Shown here: positions 27,001-40,100 of the stretch, piece after piece | Numbering within the stretch: the stretch's first letter is position 1 | Layout of the letters: each line of letters starts with the position of its first letter | Assembly: GCA_050273025.1 (NCBI GenBank) | Contig: CP158636.1 | Coordinates: 7,006,001-7,070,000, forward strand | DNA: 64,000 nucleotides | Origin: Cenococcum geophilum | Taxonomy: Eukaryota | Reading direction: 5' to 3' | Position numbers and translations under genes: made by a program | Notes under the pieces: generated by a model | What the model saw: only the letters and a program-made list of their open reading frames with translations | Databases searched by the model: none | What the model was told of the DNA's origin: nothing

Positions 27001-29280
27001 TTTAGACGATAATAAGGAGCTTAGACAACGCCTAAGGGCAGGCTTTTTTAGGAGGGGGGGGGGAAGGGGGGTGATATAATGGTGCTAGAGCGCGTTACCT
27101 ACTAAGTTCTACCATATTCTGCTACCTGTTATACTATTATATACTATCTAATACTATTGCATACTATCTGGTACCGTTTCCCACTATTAGCTCGCCTATT
27201 ATTAGCTTGTCTACTGCTAGCGCCTTAGCGACTTGCGCTACCTATTTGTTAATACTAGCCCTCGCGACCCCCTTTCCTTCTCCTTGGCTTAGTATCTTCA
27301 TTAAATAGCAATCTACAAGCTTCGGTTTAGAGGCATTTATACGAGCCGTCACACTTATTTACTAATAAGGATTATTTTATTATTAGGTGCTATAGCTACC
27401 ACAGGCTAATTAATTGACTTATTTAGTATACTACTTTTATTACCTTTTTTTAAGGGTTTAAGCCTTAAACGATTGCCTATATATCTATACTAATACGCCG
27501 TAAAAGGTAGTACTTTAGGAATATTTAAGCGTCGGCGTACTATATTATTAGGTTCCGGAGGGCGTTACTTATATTACCTAGGTAGTATAGGCATTAGAAA
27601 GGTTTTAGTAGAACTAGCTCTATATAATAGAACTTACTATTCTTATTAAATGCCTTACCTACGCTATAACAAAGACTATATAGGCGCGTAACCTACTAAA
27701 ATCCTATAATTACGCTAAGGTCCTTAATCTAGGGTAAAAGAGTTAAGTATAGTAAAGGCTGGTTAAGTAAGACCTTATAGCTGTAGGGGGTTTTAATTAA
27801 TTGCTAAAATACGGGGATATTATCTAGGTCTAAACGGAGTAGTAGCGGCAACTTATTACGCCTAAGCTTAATATATAGCTTAATAAGCTACTCTATAGAT
27901 ATTAGATTAGGGGCTATAAAAGCTTTATTAGTAAAAAGAAGGCCTAGAAGAAAGATATAAAGGCTAAGAATAAGTAAAAGGTTAAAGATAATCTTAAGAA
28001 TTAGGAAAGTATTATTAGTTCTCTATAAGTAAAAGGAGAGGAATAAGGTAGAAAGGGAATATACGCTTCTTTTATACTAAGATATTCCTTAGTAAATTTA
28101 AATATAAACTTAGGTATAATTATATAAGGCCCGCCTTCTAAGTCGTAAGTAAGTATAATTATTATATATTAGTAGTATAGGTTAAGAAGAGCTTTAGGTT
28201 AGCTTATAGTATAAAGGCCTAGCTATAGTAAGAAATAGACTTATATATAATATCGCCTAACTATATATTTCTTTCTAGTTATAACTAAGTTAGTCTTAAA
28301 AACTAGGGTAAGATCCTCTATATCTATAACGAGCTTTTCTCACTTCTTATTACTTAAGCTATATTTTTTTACTAGTTTCTAAAGTACCTAGAAAAGATAT
28401 TTTAGCTCTATCTTACTTTACTAGGCTAAGGGGTTAACTAGGAATATAATTACCTTATATATTTAGCGGGTTAATTTACTAGTAACTTTTTTACTAGTTA
28501 CTCTCTTATATATAAGGCAATAGTACTTCTAGTATATACTAAGCGAGCTAGAAAGCTTTATCCCGTACTATTTCCTACCCCCCTTCCCTTATTTCTAATT
28601 TAGGAGCTAGTTAAAAAAGCTATAAAGTAGCTAAAGTAAGAGGACTTAGTACGTTTTCTTAGGGTCTTTCCTTATATAGGTGTAGTATCTAGGAATTATT
28701 AGCTTTAGGTTAAGCCTAAGAGAAAGCTATAGAATAGGTTATTACTTACTAATACTATTAATCTTTAATACGGTTAAGGAGATCTATACTACTATTAGTA
28801 TAGTCCTATATTATAAAATTAGATTCTTTAAACTCTTCTAACTATTTAAGGTAGTATTTTAGTAGATAGTCTTAATCCTTATAAAGCTATACTTAAGCGG
28901 GCGCTTTGTAAGCATTATTAGATCTAGTAATACTATTAGCGTTATAGTTAATACTACTATTAGCGTCGCAGTTAGCGTTACTATTAGTATTACTATTAAA
29001 GACAGTTAGTTCTATCCCGTAGCTATTACCGTTACTATCTATATCTATATACTTATTATTAGTAATACTAAATAATAAGCTACAATCTAATAATTCAGCG
29101 CACTATATTTTAGGGAGCTAAAAGAAAACTTAGGGTAGTAATAGCGGGAGGGACCTAGAGGGTAATAACGGTAGGAAGGATCTAAAGAGTAATATAGGGT
29201 TAAGGAGATAGGAGGGTAGAGAATAAGAAAAACAAGGCCTAGATTAAATAGATTAGAGGTAGGAGCTATAAAGTGTATAT
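21085..29280 (-). pseudogene. DUF3435 tyrosine recombinase (Starship captain type, C-terminal C2H2-like finger), RIP-inactivated and split by a Gypsy insertion
   Basis: De-RIPed minus-strand reading: DHPPEYYLEQLEEF; FFDWLLNQ.RGKGGRK..G.KLSSSLGTYWK; SRPKALL; FTFEFTKEYLG; FPIPEIIFDP.L.LS.H.FLLGLLF; RPYSLRYGAGKAFN; DVSDALRNLMMQHADA.TFLKHYL.RRI..D.QAIV.GL.PQ. Left of the insertion it continues EQA.I.I.RQLSG...CFICLGN.KL....R...C.IC.VTLEHK.HLQNHA..VHG, with a stop at 21085. The start is approximate. Confidence 0.85.
21840..27353 (+). mobile_element. Gypsy LTR retrotransposon lacking its 5' LTR, inserted in the DUF3435 gene
   Basis: Gag zinc knuckle CYNCDKEGYFTLSC (~22856), RT VYLDNI (~24544), RNase H LETDASNGVIAG, integrase, G-rich PPT, 3' LTR at 27075-27353 ending CCGTCACA. 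CTTAT flanks both sides (21835-21839 and 27354-27358). Confidence 0.9.
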
Positions 29281-29570
29281 TGCTTTAGCGCTAGGCGCGT
29301 AGAAGGATTATAGTCTACCTATTAAAAAGTAAGGCGTATAGGGCGGTAAGTAAAAGGCTTAACGTTAGACCGGTAAGCAAGAGGCTTAGGGCGGCGGGGA
29401 GTTTTAGCGACGTAACCTCTAAAAACGGCGACAGAACCCTCCAAAACCGGCAGTCAGATCTCTATTTTCTTTTTTAATAGAGTAAAAGTCACTAATTAGA
29501 TTCCTTGCATTTTTAAAGTCTTCCTATAATTGCCATTCTGGCTAATTTATATCGAATCCTATATATATAG

Positions 29571-32500
29571 CTCTATAGTAGAGCCGTCGTCCTCTACCTT
29601 TACTAAAGTATTTAGAGTTAATAATTCGTTTAACGGTCTACTCCTTATAGTTCTTATCTTTATTCTTATTTTAGATTAGTACTAGTAGGGGTTTAGGCTA
29701 TATCTGCTCTAGTAAGGGGTTAGGCTAATAGAGGTATAGTAGCTATAGGTAAAATACGGGCTATATTCTACGGGTGGCTAGGGTATGTAGGAGTTCTAGT
29801 TTATATATAGCTCCCCTATTAATAACTCGTTTAATTAGATAGGGGCCAAGGTTTTTATAATTAAGTAACTTTATAGGCCTCTATATAGAGATATTATATA
29901 CATTTAGCTATACCTAGTTACCAATACGTATCTCTAGTAGTAGCGTTCTATAACAGTCAGCAAAGTAGGCTTACTTTACTTAAGCCTAGGCCATTTCTCC
30001 CTTATAGTAGTTAAGTAGACTTTTTATACAGTCTACATACTAGTTAGTAAGTAGTATCTTAAGGCGTTTTCTATATAGTAGTTTCTTATTAATAGGTTCT
30101 AGTAGCTCTATACTAGATTAAGGGTAATAACCCTTATTCGTAAAGAACGGGATAAGTCCTATAGTAGTTAAGACGTAATTACTTACTGCGAATTTACCTA
30201 GTAGGAGGTAATCTACCCAGTTATCTTAACTATAGGCGACTACCTATCATAGGTACGCTTTTATGCTAGTATTAGCGTTTTCTAGTTACTTAGCAGTTTT
30301 ATAGTAGAAAGATATAAATATCTTAACGGAGATGCCAAGGCGTTAGCAGATTTGTCTCTATATATTAGAATTAAATTATATACCTTAGTCGGACGTAATT
30401 AAGTTAGGTAACCGATATAGTCGGTAAACTTCGCGAAAAAAGGCGTTAGTAACGTTACTAACAGCTACACCTTTAGTTAGGACGTAGTAGCGCTCTTTTA
30501 TAAGTTAGCATATTATTATAAGGATATTCTTATAGGTACGGCCATATTATTTACAGGGTAGTAGGTTAATAACAAAATCTATAGTAATATCTGCCTATTG
30601 TTATATAGGCACTAGTAGAGGGTATAGTAGTTCTTACTGCTTTATATTAAAGGCCTTAGCGTGCTTATAACTATAGTAGGCGCCTATAAAGCGTTTAACT
30701 AAGTCTATTATTTTTAGCTAAAAGTAGTATCGGCTAAGGAGCTTATAGATTCCTCCTTTACCTAGGTAGCCGCTTAATTAGAGGTCGTAGGCTATTTAAA
30801 TTAGTTGCCGTTATAGATTTTCTAAGTTAGGGATAAATAGGCGGCCTCTATAATAGAGCCTATTTTCTTTTACTTTTAAGGCTGCTATATTAATTTAACC
30901 TAAGCTTTAGAGGTTAGTAGGCAGTATATAGGCGCCGGCGGTCTTTACGGCGATAAGTTAATATAGCAATAGATTAATAGAGGTATTATATGCCGTAGTA
31001 ATAAGCTTATTAATTTTAGGAGGTAACTTTAGTTCTATGGTATAAAGCTAAGGTATAGTTAGCTCTATTATAAGTAGTATACCTAGGGCTAAATTTCGTG
31101 CTTTTAGGATTGTTTATTATTAGAACTAATTATAGGGGGTTTTTTAGACTAAAGAAGGTCTTACAAGCGATATATTAGGCTATTAGGTTTAGTACCTTAT
31201 ACTCCTAGTCTATATATAATTTTAAAGTTAAAACTAGAGAGAAACTCGTTCTAATATACCTAGCGTTAGTTTAGCTACTTCGTAGTTATAAAGTACTTAA
31301 GGTTATAATAATCCGTAAGGACTTTAGTTAGCTAATTAGGCTTTACTAAAAAGAGTTCTAGTTAGAATTCTTTAAACACTTATATAATTATAAGGAGTTC
31401 TTTATTATAGATCTTATAGTTACACTCTTATAGTATAAGCTTAGACAAGTAAAATACGACTAGGTAAAGGAAACCGTTATTACCTATTTAAAAGAGGACG
31501 CCTATGTTAACGTAGTTTAAGAAGTTAGTTTTAAGATAGAGTTATCGTCCTAGTATAAAGTAAGCTAGGATAGGTGCTTTAGTAAAGACATTTTTAAGGT
31601 CTTAAAACGCCTTCTTATATTCGGGCGTCTAGGTAAAGTATAGGTGCGTTTTTCTTCCTTTTATAGAAAGGCCCTTTATTTATATTATTACTATAAGTAG
31701 TATTACTATACCTAAGTAGTTATATATAAATTTTTAATAGAAGTTAGCGAAACTAAAAAAGGCTTATACGTCCTTAATACAGTTAGGGGCTTACTATTTA
31801 GTAATTATACGTACTTTCTTAGGGTCTATATGGACACCCTTAATAGTAATAATTAGTTTAAGGTATTTTACTTTTATAACTAAGAATTTATATTTCTTTA
31901 AATTAATATAAAGTTCTACGTCCCTAAGGCGCTATAAGACCTTTTAAACGTATTTAGTATGCTTAAAAGGGTTATTATTATAAATAAGTATATCGTCCAG
32001 GTACGTAGAGCAGAAGTTATTAAGGTAGTCCTATAAGGCGTTATTAATATAACTTTAAAAAGTGCCTAGGCCGTTATATGCGCTAAAGGGCATAATAGTA
32101 TATTTAAATTGGCTAAAGCGTAATGCAAATGCGGTTTTCTATTCGTTACCTTCCCGTATTTAAAAATAGTTAAAGGCGGCGATAATATTAAGCTTAGTAT
32201 AGATTTTAGCTTAACTAAGCCGCTTAAGGGTCTTACGTATAAGCGGTACTTGGTATTAGTTTTTAATTATAATAGCGTTAAGTCCTCTATAGTTAACGTA
32301 GAATTAAATACCTCCTTCTAGTTTCTTAGTAAGAAGGATAAGGGCGGCTACTAGTAATATACTAGGATAAATAAATCCTTTATTAAGGTGCTTATTAATA
32401 TACTTTTTTATAACTAGAAGTTTATCTTTTAATATTAAATAGGGTCTCTTATAAGGTAGTATTTTTCCTTATTTAATATTAATAGTATAGTTGTTAGGTT

Positions 32501-35500
32501 AATATAGGGGGAGTATATTTACGCCCTTTTATAAGTATATATTAGTAAAGTCGTAGCACCTCTTAGGGAGGAGTTTACGGAGTTCTTTGTTAGTAAGTCC
32601 TTTTTTAAGCTTTATAACCTTTTTAAAGTCTAAAGGTAAAAGTCCGTAGAGTTTTGTAGGGGCGTTGTCTTTTAAAAGGTTAACTCTATTTATCCTATTA
32701 CTATAGAGGATATATTTCTATTCTTTATTAAGCTTATATAGTCGTAATTAGGAAGCTATAGTAACGGTTTAGCCTTTTCTATATACTCTGCGGTAAAAGG
32801 CTAGGGCACTTATATAGTAGTAGTTAGTTATAAATAGGGTAATAAGGGGTTCTATAGGTTAATATCCTAGGGAGTAAATAAAGGCAGCTAGGCTATGCCC
32901 TAGGCAAGTCTCTCTACAGTATTTAAAGTTAAAGGTTACTTCTCTCTTCTTCTAGTTAATAGTAGGGTTATATTATTTAAGCCAGTTTATTCTAAGGATA
33001 ATAGGGTAGTTAGTAAGTAGTATAATATAGGCCTAGAGTTCTTTCTAGTGCCCATTTATATCTAGGTGGAGTTATACTATATAAATAATCTTCTATATAG
33101 TATAACTACTATTAGCAAGTTATAGGACGCGGGCTTTAATAAGGGGTAAGGTAGGTAGGTTATAAGTACGCACAAATTAGGTATCTATAAATTTATTAAT
33201 AGCTCTATAATTAATTATAGAACGGCTTTTATATTATTTTTTGGCAGTAGTTCCTATTATAGGTAAAACTATCTATTTCCGTCTATTTATCTTTACTAAG
33301 TTATCTATTAAATAAGCCGATATATAGATCCCTTTATTATTAAGGCGTTTTAACCTATAACAGAGAGCTAGGACTTAGCGTTTTCCGCTTCTATATCTAA
33401 CTCTACCACTATTACTATATTTTTATCTTATATAGTAGTGGTATATAGTAATATATTTAGTATTTAGGGTATTAGGCTAAGTATTAGGCGGCGGCTACTA
33501 AACCTAACTATTAGGTAGTTTAGGTTATTATAATAGTAGCCTTCTTAATAGTATCTATAGCAGCGTCCTAGTTTCTAGAGTAGCTCGCGCTTTTTATTTA
33601 AGAGTTTTTATAGAAAGGTTAGTATAAAGAAATTAATATTAGCTCCGGTAGCACTTAAGGTAGTAGGTATTAATAGGCCTAGAAGGCTTCTATAAAGAGG
33701 TCTTTAGGTAAAAGTTAGTAGTAGTAATCTAATTTAGTTATTATTTGATTTTCTATAGAGCTGCTACTATATTATAAATATTGTTATAGTTATAGCTAGC
33801 GACTACGTAACTAAGGTAATAAGTAACTTTTTTAAGGAGGTTTTTTTAGTCTTTAGTATCGTCTCGGGTAAGGGCTCTAGTATATTCCTAAAATTTAATA
33901 TAGAATTTATTAAATAATTTAGTAGGGTTTATCTTTAGGGCACGTAGTTTAGCTTAGCTAGTGGCTAATAGGTTATAGTCGCGGTATATTAGGTTAAGAT
34001 TATTAAGGATTTTTTAGTAGGACTACTACTTTTAGGGGCTATTAGTCTTTTATTAGGCAAAGAGTCTATTAAATAGTATACCCTTTATTCGCCTAATAAT
34101 GTAACTAATTTTAGTACCTTCTATAGGAAAAAGGTAGGCGCTCTAGGTTAGTTTTTTGCGGATTTATATCTTTTAGTGGCTATATTCCTTATAGTCTCCC
34201 TAAAAAACTTAGGGATTAGAGTAATATATATTAGACCCTACGGTAACAGCTTAGGTTTAATTATTATAGCTTTTATTATCACTGCTTTAGTAGGGGTTCC
34301 TATTAAGTAAAGCTGCTTAGCGCTAACCCTTTATTAAGCGTTAAGTAGGTAAAGTTGCTAGGGGCGTAGAGACTTAGGTGGCGTTATATATAGTAAAGAG
34401 GTATCTAGCATTATTATAAATATGCTTATTAAGCTAAGATTATAGGTATTTAATTATGCCGTCTTTTTTAGTAACTGTAGCAATAAGTATAATTTTAGCC
34501 TTTTTTAACTATTAGACGTCGTGTTTAAATATATAGAGGTTATCTTTAGTCTTTTAGTATATATTATCGGCGAGCGCCTTATAAGCTTATAAGTCTTAGA
34601 TAATATCGCGATCTTAGGTAGTACGCATTTTAGCTTATATAAGCTTTAGGTAGTAGTTCTATAAAGGTAGTAGTATTTATTAGGTTCTTATGCTACCTTT
34701 TTTATAAACGTCTTAGCATTTCGTATTTCAATTTTAATAGGTAGTAGCTCTTCCACTTACTTATCCGTAGTTATATAGTTATAAGGGGGCAAGGTGCTTT
34801 AAGGCAGCTTTAAAGGAAATAAGATTCTATTAAGAGCTAAGTTATATAGACCTTATAAGTAATAAGACGTTTAGATAAGAAACAGAACAGGTTTAGGTTA
34901 ATGTGGTTAAGATATAGGGGTAGCCGTAGTACGTGCACGTGCTTTAAGAGGCTTTGATAGAATTCCACTATCATTAAGTGTTTCACTAAGACGTCCTTAC
35001 TGTAACGGGACAGTCCCGTTATAATAGTTAATAAAGAATAAGATATTATTAATATCTACCTTATTAAGGTCGTTGTAATCTTTTAAGCTACTAGGCTTCC
35101 CCTTAGGGGTTAAGGCTAAGGCTAATAAGTTAAATTCTCCTAGGGTTAATTAGCGGCGTAGGTTAAGTATAGGTATTAGATTGTTCTTTAGGTTTAATAT
35201 AATAACTAGTAAGGAATATCGTCTTACTATTATAGGTTCCTTAGAAGTATAAAGTAGGGTAACTCGTAAATATACTACTTCTAGTAGCACCTACGGTATT
35301 ACAGAGACGTAGAATTAGTTGTAGGCTAAATATTAGTGGTAAAAAAGGCGTAACGTAATGTTATAGGACGGGGGTAGTAGCTATAGAGCGTATGTATTTA
35401 AGGAGTCTATAAGACGTTACACGATCAATTATAAGGGTTAAGGGCGTAAGGAGGTAATATACCTACGCGTAGCTAATATAAGCTATACGCGAGGTGTATA

Positions 35501-35618
35501 TAAGAGCACGGAGTTCTCCTATAGAGGCCCCTGCGGTAGGGTTCCGTAACATTAAGTCTTTAATGCGGGTAGCGTAATATAAGTAGTCTAGGGGCAATAT
35601 AGTATACAAATCCGTTAC
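29571..35618 (-). mobile_element. Gypsy LTR retrotransposon (different family), 3' end missing, with LTR-like cluster at ~35001-35618
   Basis: Minus strand: RT STYLDDILIY (~31990-32010), I.FYVNYRGLNAIIIKN.Y.VPLI, integrase YYP.NN..TI and DYKNLGPY.IKRVIN near 29820-29880. TGTAACGG at 35001 and CCGTTACA at 35611-35618. The exact LTR structure is unresolved. Confidence 0.85.
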
Positions 35619-37783
35619 AAATTAAGCTATATATCTTTCTTAAAGGCCTAGTCTCTACGTATAGTATTAGCCTAGTAAATAGTATTAATCTAGGGCCGTA
35701 TAAGGTTTTTCATTATAATACTAATTTCTTTTATAAAGAAAGGGGTTAGGGGTAAGGTTTTGGGCTAAATAAGCTATCTACTCTATATATTAAGCTATAA
35801 GCCTAAATAGGCTAACTATTTTTGCCTTAAGATTATATTATAGCTACCTAAGTCTGTAATAAGGAAGGGAATATTATACTACCTTTATCTATTAATATGG
35901 AGGTAAATCTATAAGATAGTTATAATAGGTAGCCCTATCTGCCCGTTATATCAGTAGATAGGAATTAGTTTAGGCAGTTCTTTAATAAGTATATTTAGAA
36001 AGTTAGCCAGCTTTACAGTATACTAGATATTTATTAAGGCAAAGGTATTTACTTTAGAGTTAGCTAAAGTAGAGGTTAAAACTTGGTATTTATTACGGAA
36101 TAAAGTATAAGGGATAGTATAGCTTTTTCTACTAATTAGCTAACCTAAATTAATATCTAATATATTAATCCCTTTTAACCCTAGAAAGGAGTCTTTTTCT
36201 AAAGTTCCTCTTTTTCTAACTTTACGCTATCCTCCCAGATTAATAAAACCTTGTCCGCTTTTATGTTTATTAGGTAATTCTTTATATAGTAACCTTTCTA
36301 ACTATAAGAAAAGTAAGCTCCTTAATTACTAAGGGCCTATATATAGGGGTTGCTATATATAAACCAAGCATTTACTAAACCTATAGTAGGACTAGCTATA
36401 TAGCTAGCTATTAAATTAGTAATAGGCTATACGGGTAGTGCTATAGGGGTTGCTAATCGTGCTGGGGCATTACGGGCCGTTCTTATATTACTTATAGTCT
36501 AATTTAAAGGGTTTTTAGCTTTATACCGTTTGGCATATGCCTTAATTTAATAAAGGCCTTAGTTAATAGCTAAGCACTAGTTTATAAGTTCCTTTAGTGT
36601 CTATATAGTAGTAAAAACTAGTAGTACGGCTTACTATAGGTCTAGGGTAAGCTTATTAAATAGGTTTAGTATTAGATCTTCTTAGGGAGTTTAAGCCTAG
36701 CTAGCTAGGTGCAAAAAGCGGGTCTAAAAAGCTAATAAGGTCTCTATCGTTTTTATATTTAGGCTTTTATAATTAAGTTAGGCATTTTGTACTTTAAAGG
36801 GGTCCTTATAAATAGAAGATAGGTAAATAATTATCTCTTTTTTAGAGAGAAAGAGATTTATTAAGTCCTATACGTACTATAAACGTAGGTATACCTATAT
36901 ATCCCTACCGGTACGGCCAAAGACATAGGCCATTTTAGCCTAAGTAGTAGGGAAGTAGTCCGCATTAACTTTAAGCTTATCCTATAATTGAAGCTTCCAA
37001 TTATTAAATATAGGGTTAGTTCTATCTATAAGTAATAGGGGGTCCACGACCTTTATAGACCGTAATAATGCTAACGCTATATATTAGGTTAAAGCTTTAA
37101 GGGCTATAGCAAGTTTCTAGGTGTTTAATAATTCCTTACTAGGTATAGGGGGTTCTCTAGCTTTAAGCAGCTCTTAAAGTTATTTAATTTCGGTATTAGC
37201 TGCTATAAGCTCCACCTAAAAGTTTAAGTTAGTTACTGTTTTACTATTAGAGGTATTTAAGGGTCCTATAGCTGCTTTACCGGCTACTATATTTCTTAGT
37301 ATCGTGGTATAGTTATTAGGGTAACTTTTAGTAGGATTCTATAGGGGTTTTGGTCTATGCGTATTCCGTAGGTCTTATTATTCTTTTCTATTCTTCTAGT
37401 TCTAGTAATATTCTTTAGGTTTAATTCTATATCCTATTTTAGTTTATAGTCCGTAAATATATTTAAATTCCTTCTTAGAAAGAAAGGGTAGTTAAGCTTT
37501 AGATAATATTAGCGACTTAGTTAATTAAGGTATAAGTATAGCAAGAGAGACACGCAAGCCTATATAATTAGTAGTCTATAAATAAGGATTTAAAGCTAAA
37601 GAAAGGAAAGGAGACAAAGGGTAGCGCCGCTTAACATTATATATAGTCCTTTAGTCACGTAACGGTAACTATCTAAAACTGTATAAAACTATCTACGACT
37701 ATCTACGACTATCCGCTATAATCTACTAATATCTATTAGCTATAATCTACTAGTTTCTACTAGTTTCCACTAGCGCCGTAATA
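35619..37783 (-). mobile_element. 5' part (LTR, gag, protease) of a second copy of the 12999-19019 Gypsy family, inverted and truncated
   Basis: Reverse complement of ~12999-15170, including the LTR at 37507-37783 and the gag-pro junction. Confidence 0.9.
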
Positions 37784-38958
37784 TTAACTACTATATATAA
37801 AGCTTAGTAGTAATAAAGATATAGCTATTTATAACTAAGTATTAAACTATTTCGTTAAATAGGGCATCTAGGGCCTTCTTATCCTATATCTCCCCTTCCT
37901 CCTTTATAGCTTCCTCTCCTATACCTATAGCTACCCCTTTAGCTACCTTCCCCCTTAGCTACCCTACCTGCTTAACTATCTTTTACCTCTTTTTTACCTA
38001 CTCGCTATCTTTCTATATCTTTTTCTATTTTAACTTCCGTTTTTAATAGCTAGTAGCCTATAATTGTAACCAACTACTAGACCCTGTATATTGCCCTATT
38101 TTACCTATATTAGCACTACCCTTATATGTCTTAGATACGTTTAAAATAAGTTATAGGCTTTAGAGTTCGGGGTCTACTTTCATGTATTTATACCACTTGA
38201 TTTCCATAGATTTATAATTAAGTTGCTCGTTTAATTCCCACACACTGTAAAGCTTATAATAATTCTTAGTTAATAACTTACTACTCTAAAAATAGATAAA
38301 GCTTATCTTCTATTACCTAGGCGCCGTCTATATTACCTTCTAATCTTATATATTAGTCTTCCCACTCTTTTTACTTTAGCTTATATACCCTTATAGCATT
38401 CTTTAAGCGCTAGGCCTTATAAATATCATATAGCTGTACTATTTAGGCCTTAAACTCACTCTAAAGGCTATAGGGGGAGGAGGCTAAGGGGGCTTTCGTT
38501 AACTATAAAGTAGACTATAAGATAAGGAGATTTTTAAAAGACTTTATATTTATAAGAGGTAAGGGGGAGACACGTAAGCGTGGTATAAGTAAATAAAGCT
38601 ACTAAACGCGTAAATATTAAAGGAGGAGAAGAAGGAAAAGAGGGCTCTATATTATACAATTATAATTATAGTAGGCCTTTCTATATAAAATTAAAAGCCC
38701 TATATAAGCTAGCGTGGGTATAAGGATAGGAGAGGGTTAGAAAATAAATTATTAAGGTAATAGTGAGGTTAAAGGCGCGCTAAGGCCCTTTATACTAACC
38801 TAGTACTAACCTAGGCCTTAAAAACGCGTTTAAAAAGTAGGGGCTACTACTAAAGGGGGAGGGTAATATTTAGACGATATGTCGCGGACCTTAGGGGGTT
38901 ATACGTAACTTAAGGTTATACTAAGCCTAACCCGGACCTCTAATACCTATTATATATC
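37784..38958 (-). mobile_element. Partial Crypton copy (5' region), directly abutting the full copy
   Basis: Aligns by eye with ~41540-42510 (e.g. TAGCTATTTATAACT.AGTATT...CCTAACCCGGACCTC..ATACCTAT), apart from a solo-LTR insertion. Confidence 0.85.
38065..38258. repeat. Solo LTR inserted in the partial Crypton
   Basis: TGTAACC...GCTTATA (RIP-mutated CA end), flanked by ATAAT on both sides. Absent from the other Crypton copy, which has a single ATAAT at ~41818. Confidence 0.8.
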
Positions 38959-39179
38959 GGGGGGGGGGTCATTTAGCTCGGTTACGGCCTAGGTTAATAC
39001 GAGGTTAGGGCCACCCCTACTAATAATTGGCGCGAACCCCGCACGAGGTCACGCAACGACCGCCCCCGAGTACCTTTGCACGCGATTTTGGGCGAAAAGG
39101 TACATAATTTAAGTTAGATCGGTACTTCTGGACGGTCGCGTAATATTGCTCTAAATTTTAAACACCTAAATGCGTGCCA

Positions 39180-39430
39180 TTCCTATATTAAGGCGTCTTA
39201 GTTACTGTAATGTAGTCCTATATTAAGACGTCTTAGTCGCTAGAGTATAGTCCTATATTAAGGCGTCTTAGTCACTATAGTATAGTCTTATATTAAGGCG
39301 TCTCAGTCACTGCAGTATAGTCTTATATTAAGGCGTCTCGGTTACTGCAGTAGTCCTATATTAAGACGTCTCGGTTGCTGCAGTGCAGTCCTATATTAAG
39401 GCGTCTCGGTTACTGTAGTAGTCCTATAGT
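39180..39430. repeat. Tandem array of ~33-36-bp units (GTCCTATATTAAGGCGTCTCGGTTACTGCAGTA-like, ~7 copies) in the Crypton 3' non-coding region
   Basis: Directly visible repeats of CCTATATTAAG(G/A)CGTCT(C/T)(A/G)GT. Confidence 0.85.
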
Positions 39431-39869
39431 GAGATAGTATTATATATATATATATACTGTTTAATATAGAGCCTTTCCCTCCCTCCCTCGCCCTAAGAGC
39501 TAGTAGTTAGATATTCTTATAAAGCTAATCTAAAGAACGCTGGCCCTGTAGCTGCTCTAGCTGGTTAATAGCCTGTCTTTTATCTTTTGCCGTACTGTCT
39601 TTTACGCGCTGTCTTATATCCTTAATTATCCTACGGCGACGGCTATAGAATATAGCCTCGCCGTTAACCCGCTAGCGCGCCCCCTAGTAGCGATTAAGAG
39701 CTTCAATTAACGGCCTACCCGCTAGCCCTAAAGTCCACTTAGCCCAGAGCTGGAATACCGAATTGCCGCCCTGAAGTATCTTATATTTTCTTAGCGGCGC
39801 CTATAGGTTAAGGATAAATAGGAGAGGTAGTTGAGTATTTGCTTGCGCCTGCGCTAGCGGGGGCGGTAT

Positions 39870-40100
39870 AAATATAGTAGATAGCTAAAAGGGTGGTGCG
39901 GATATAGTAGATAGCTAAGTAGGGGGTGCGGATATAGCAGACAGCTAAGTAGGGGGTGCGGATATAATAGATAGCTAAGTAGGGGGTGCGGATATAGCAG
40001 ATAGCGGAGCGGGGGGTGCGGATATAGTAGACAGCTAAGCGGGCGGTGTAGATATAGTAGATAGCTAAGCAGGTGGCGTAGATATGGTAGACGTTATAGT
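39870..40100. repeat. 30-bp coding tandem repeat (GCGGATATAGTAGATAGCTAAGTAGGGGGT-like, ~7 copies) in the Crypton YR-GCR1 linker
   Basis: Directly visible 30-nt period; encodes 10-aa Ser/Pro-rich units on the minus strand. Confidence 0.85.

Larger units (their letters stand above)
12027..29570 (-). mobile_element. Putative small Starship-like tyrosine-recombinase element (DUF3435 captain plus BTB cargo), containing three nested LTR insertions
   Basis: A DUF3435 gene lies at the right end, reading inward. Removing the inserts at 12470-12710, 12999-19019 and 21840-27353 (each with a TSD) leaves a continuous ~5.8 kb host sequence. A short inverted motif GGATTCG (12032-12038) / CGAATCC (29553-29559) marks the candidate ends. 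Boundaries are inferred. Confidence 0.55.

Noticed and set aside
39180..39430. Regularly spaced ~35-bp repeats resembling a CRISPR array
   Set aside because: The units are contiguous with no unique spacers, the context is eukaryotic, and there are no cas genes.
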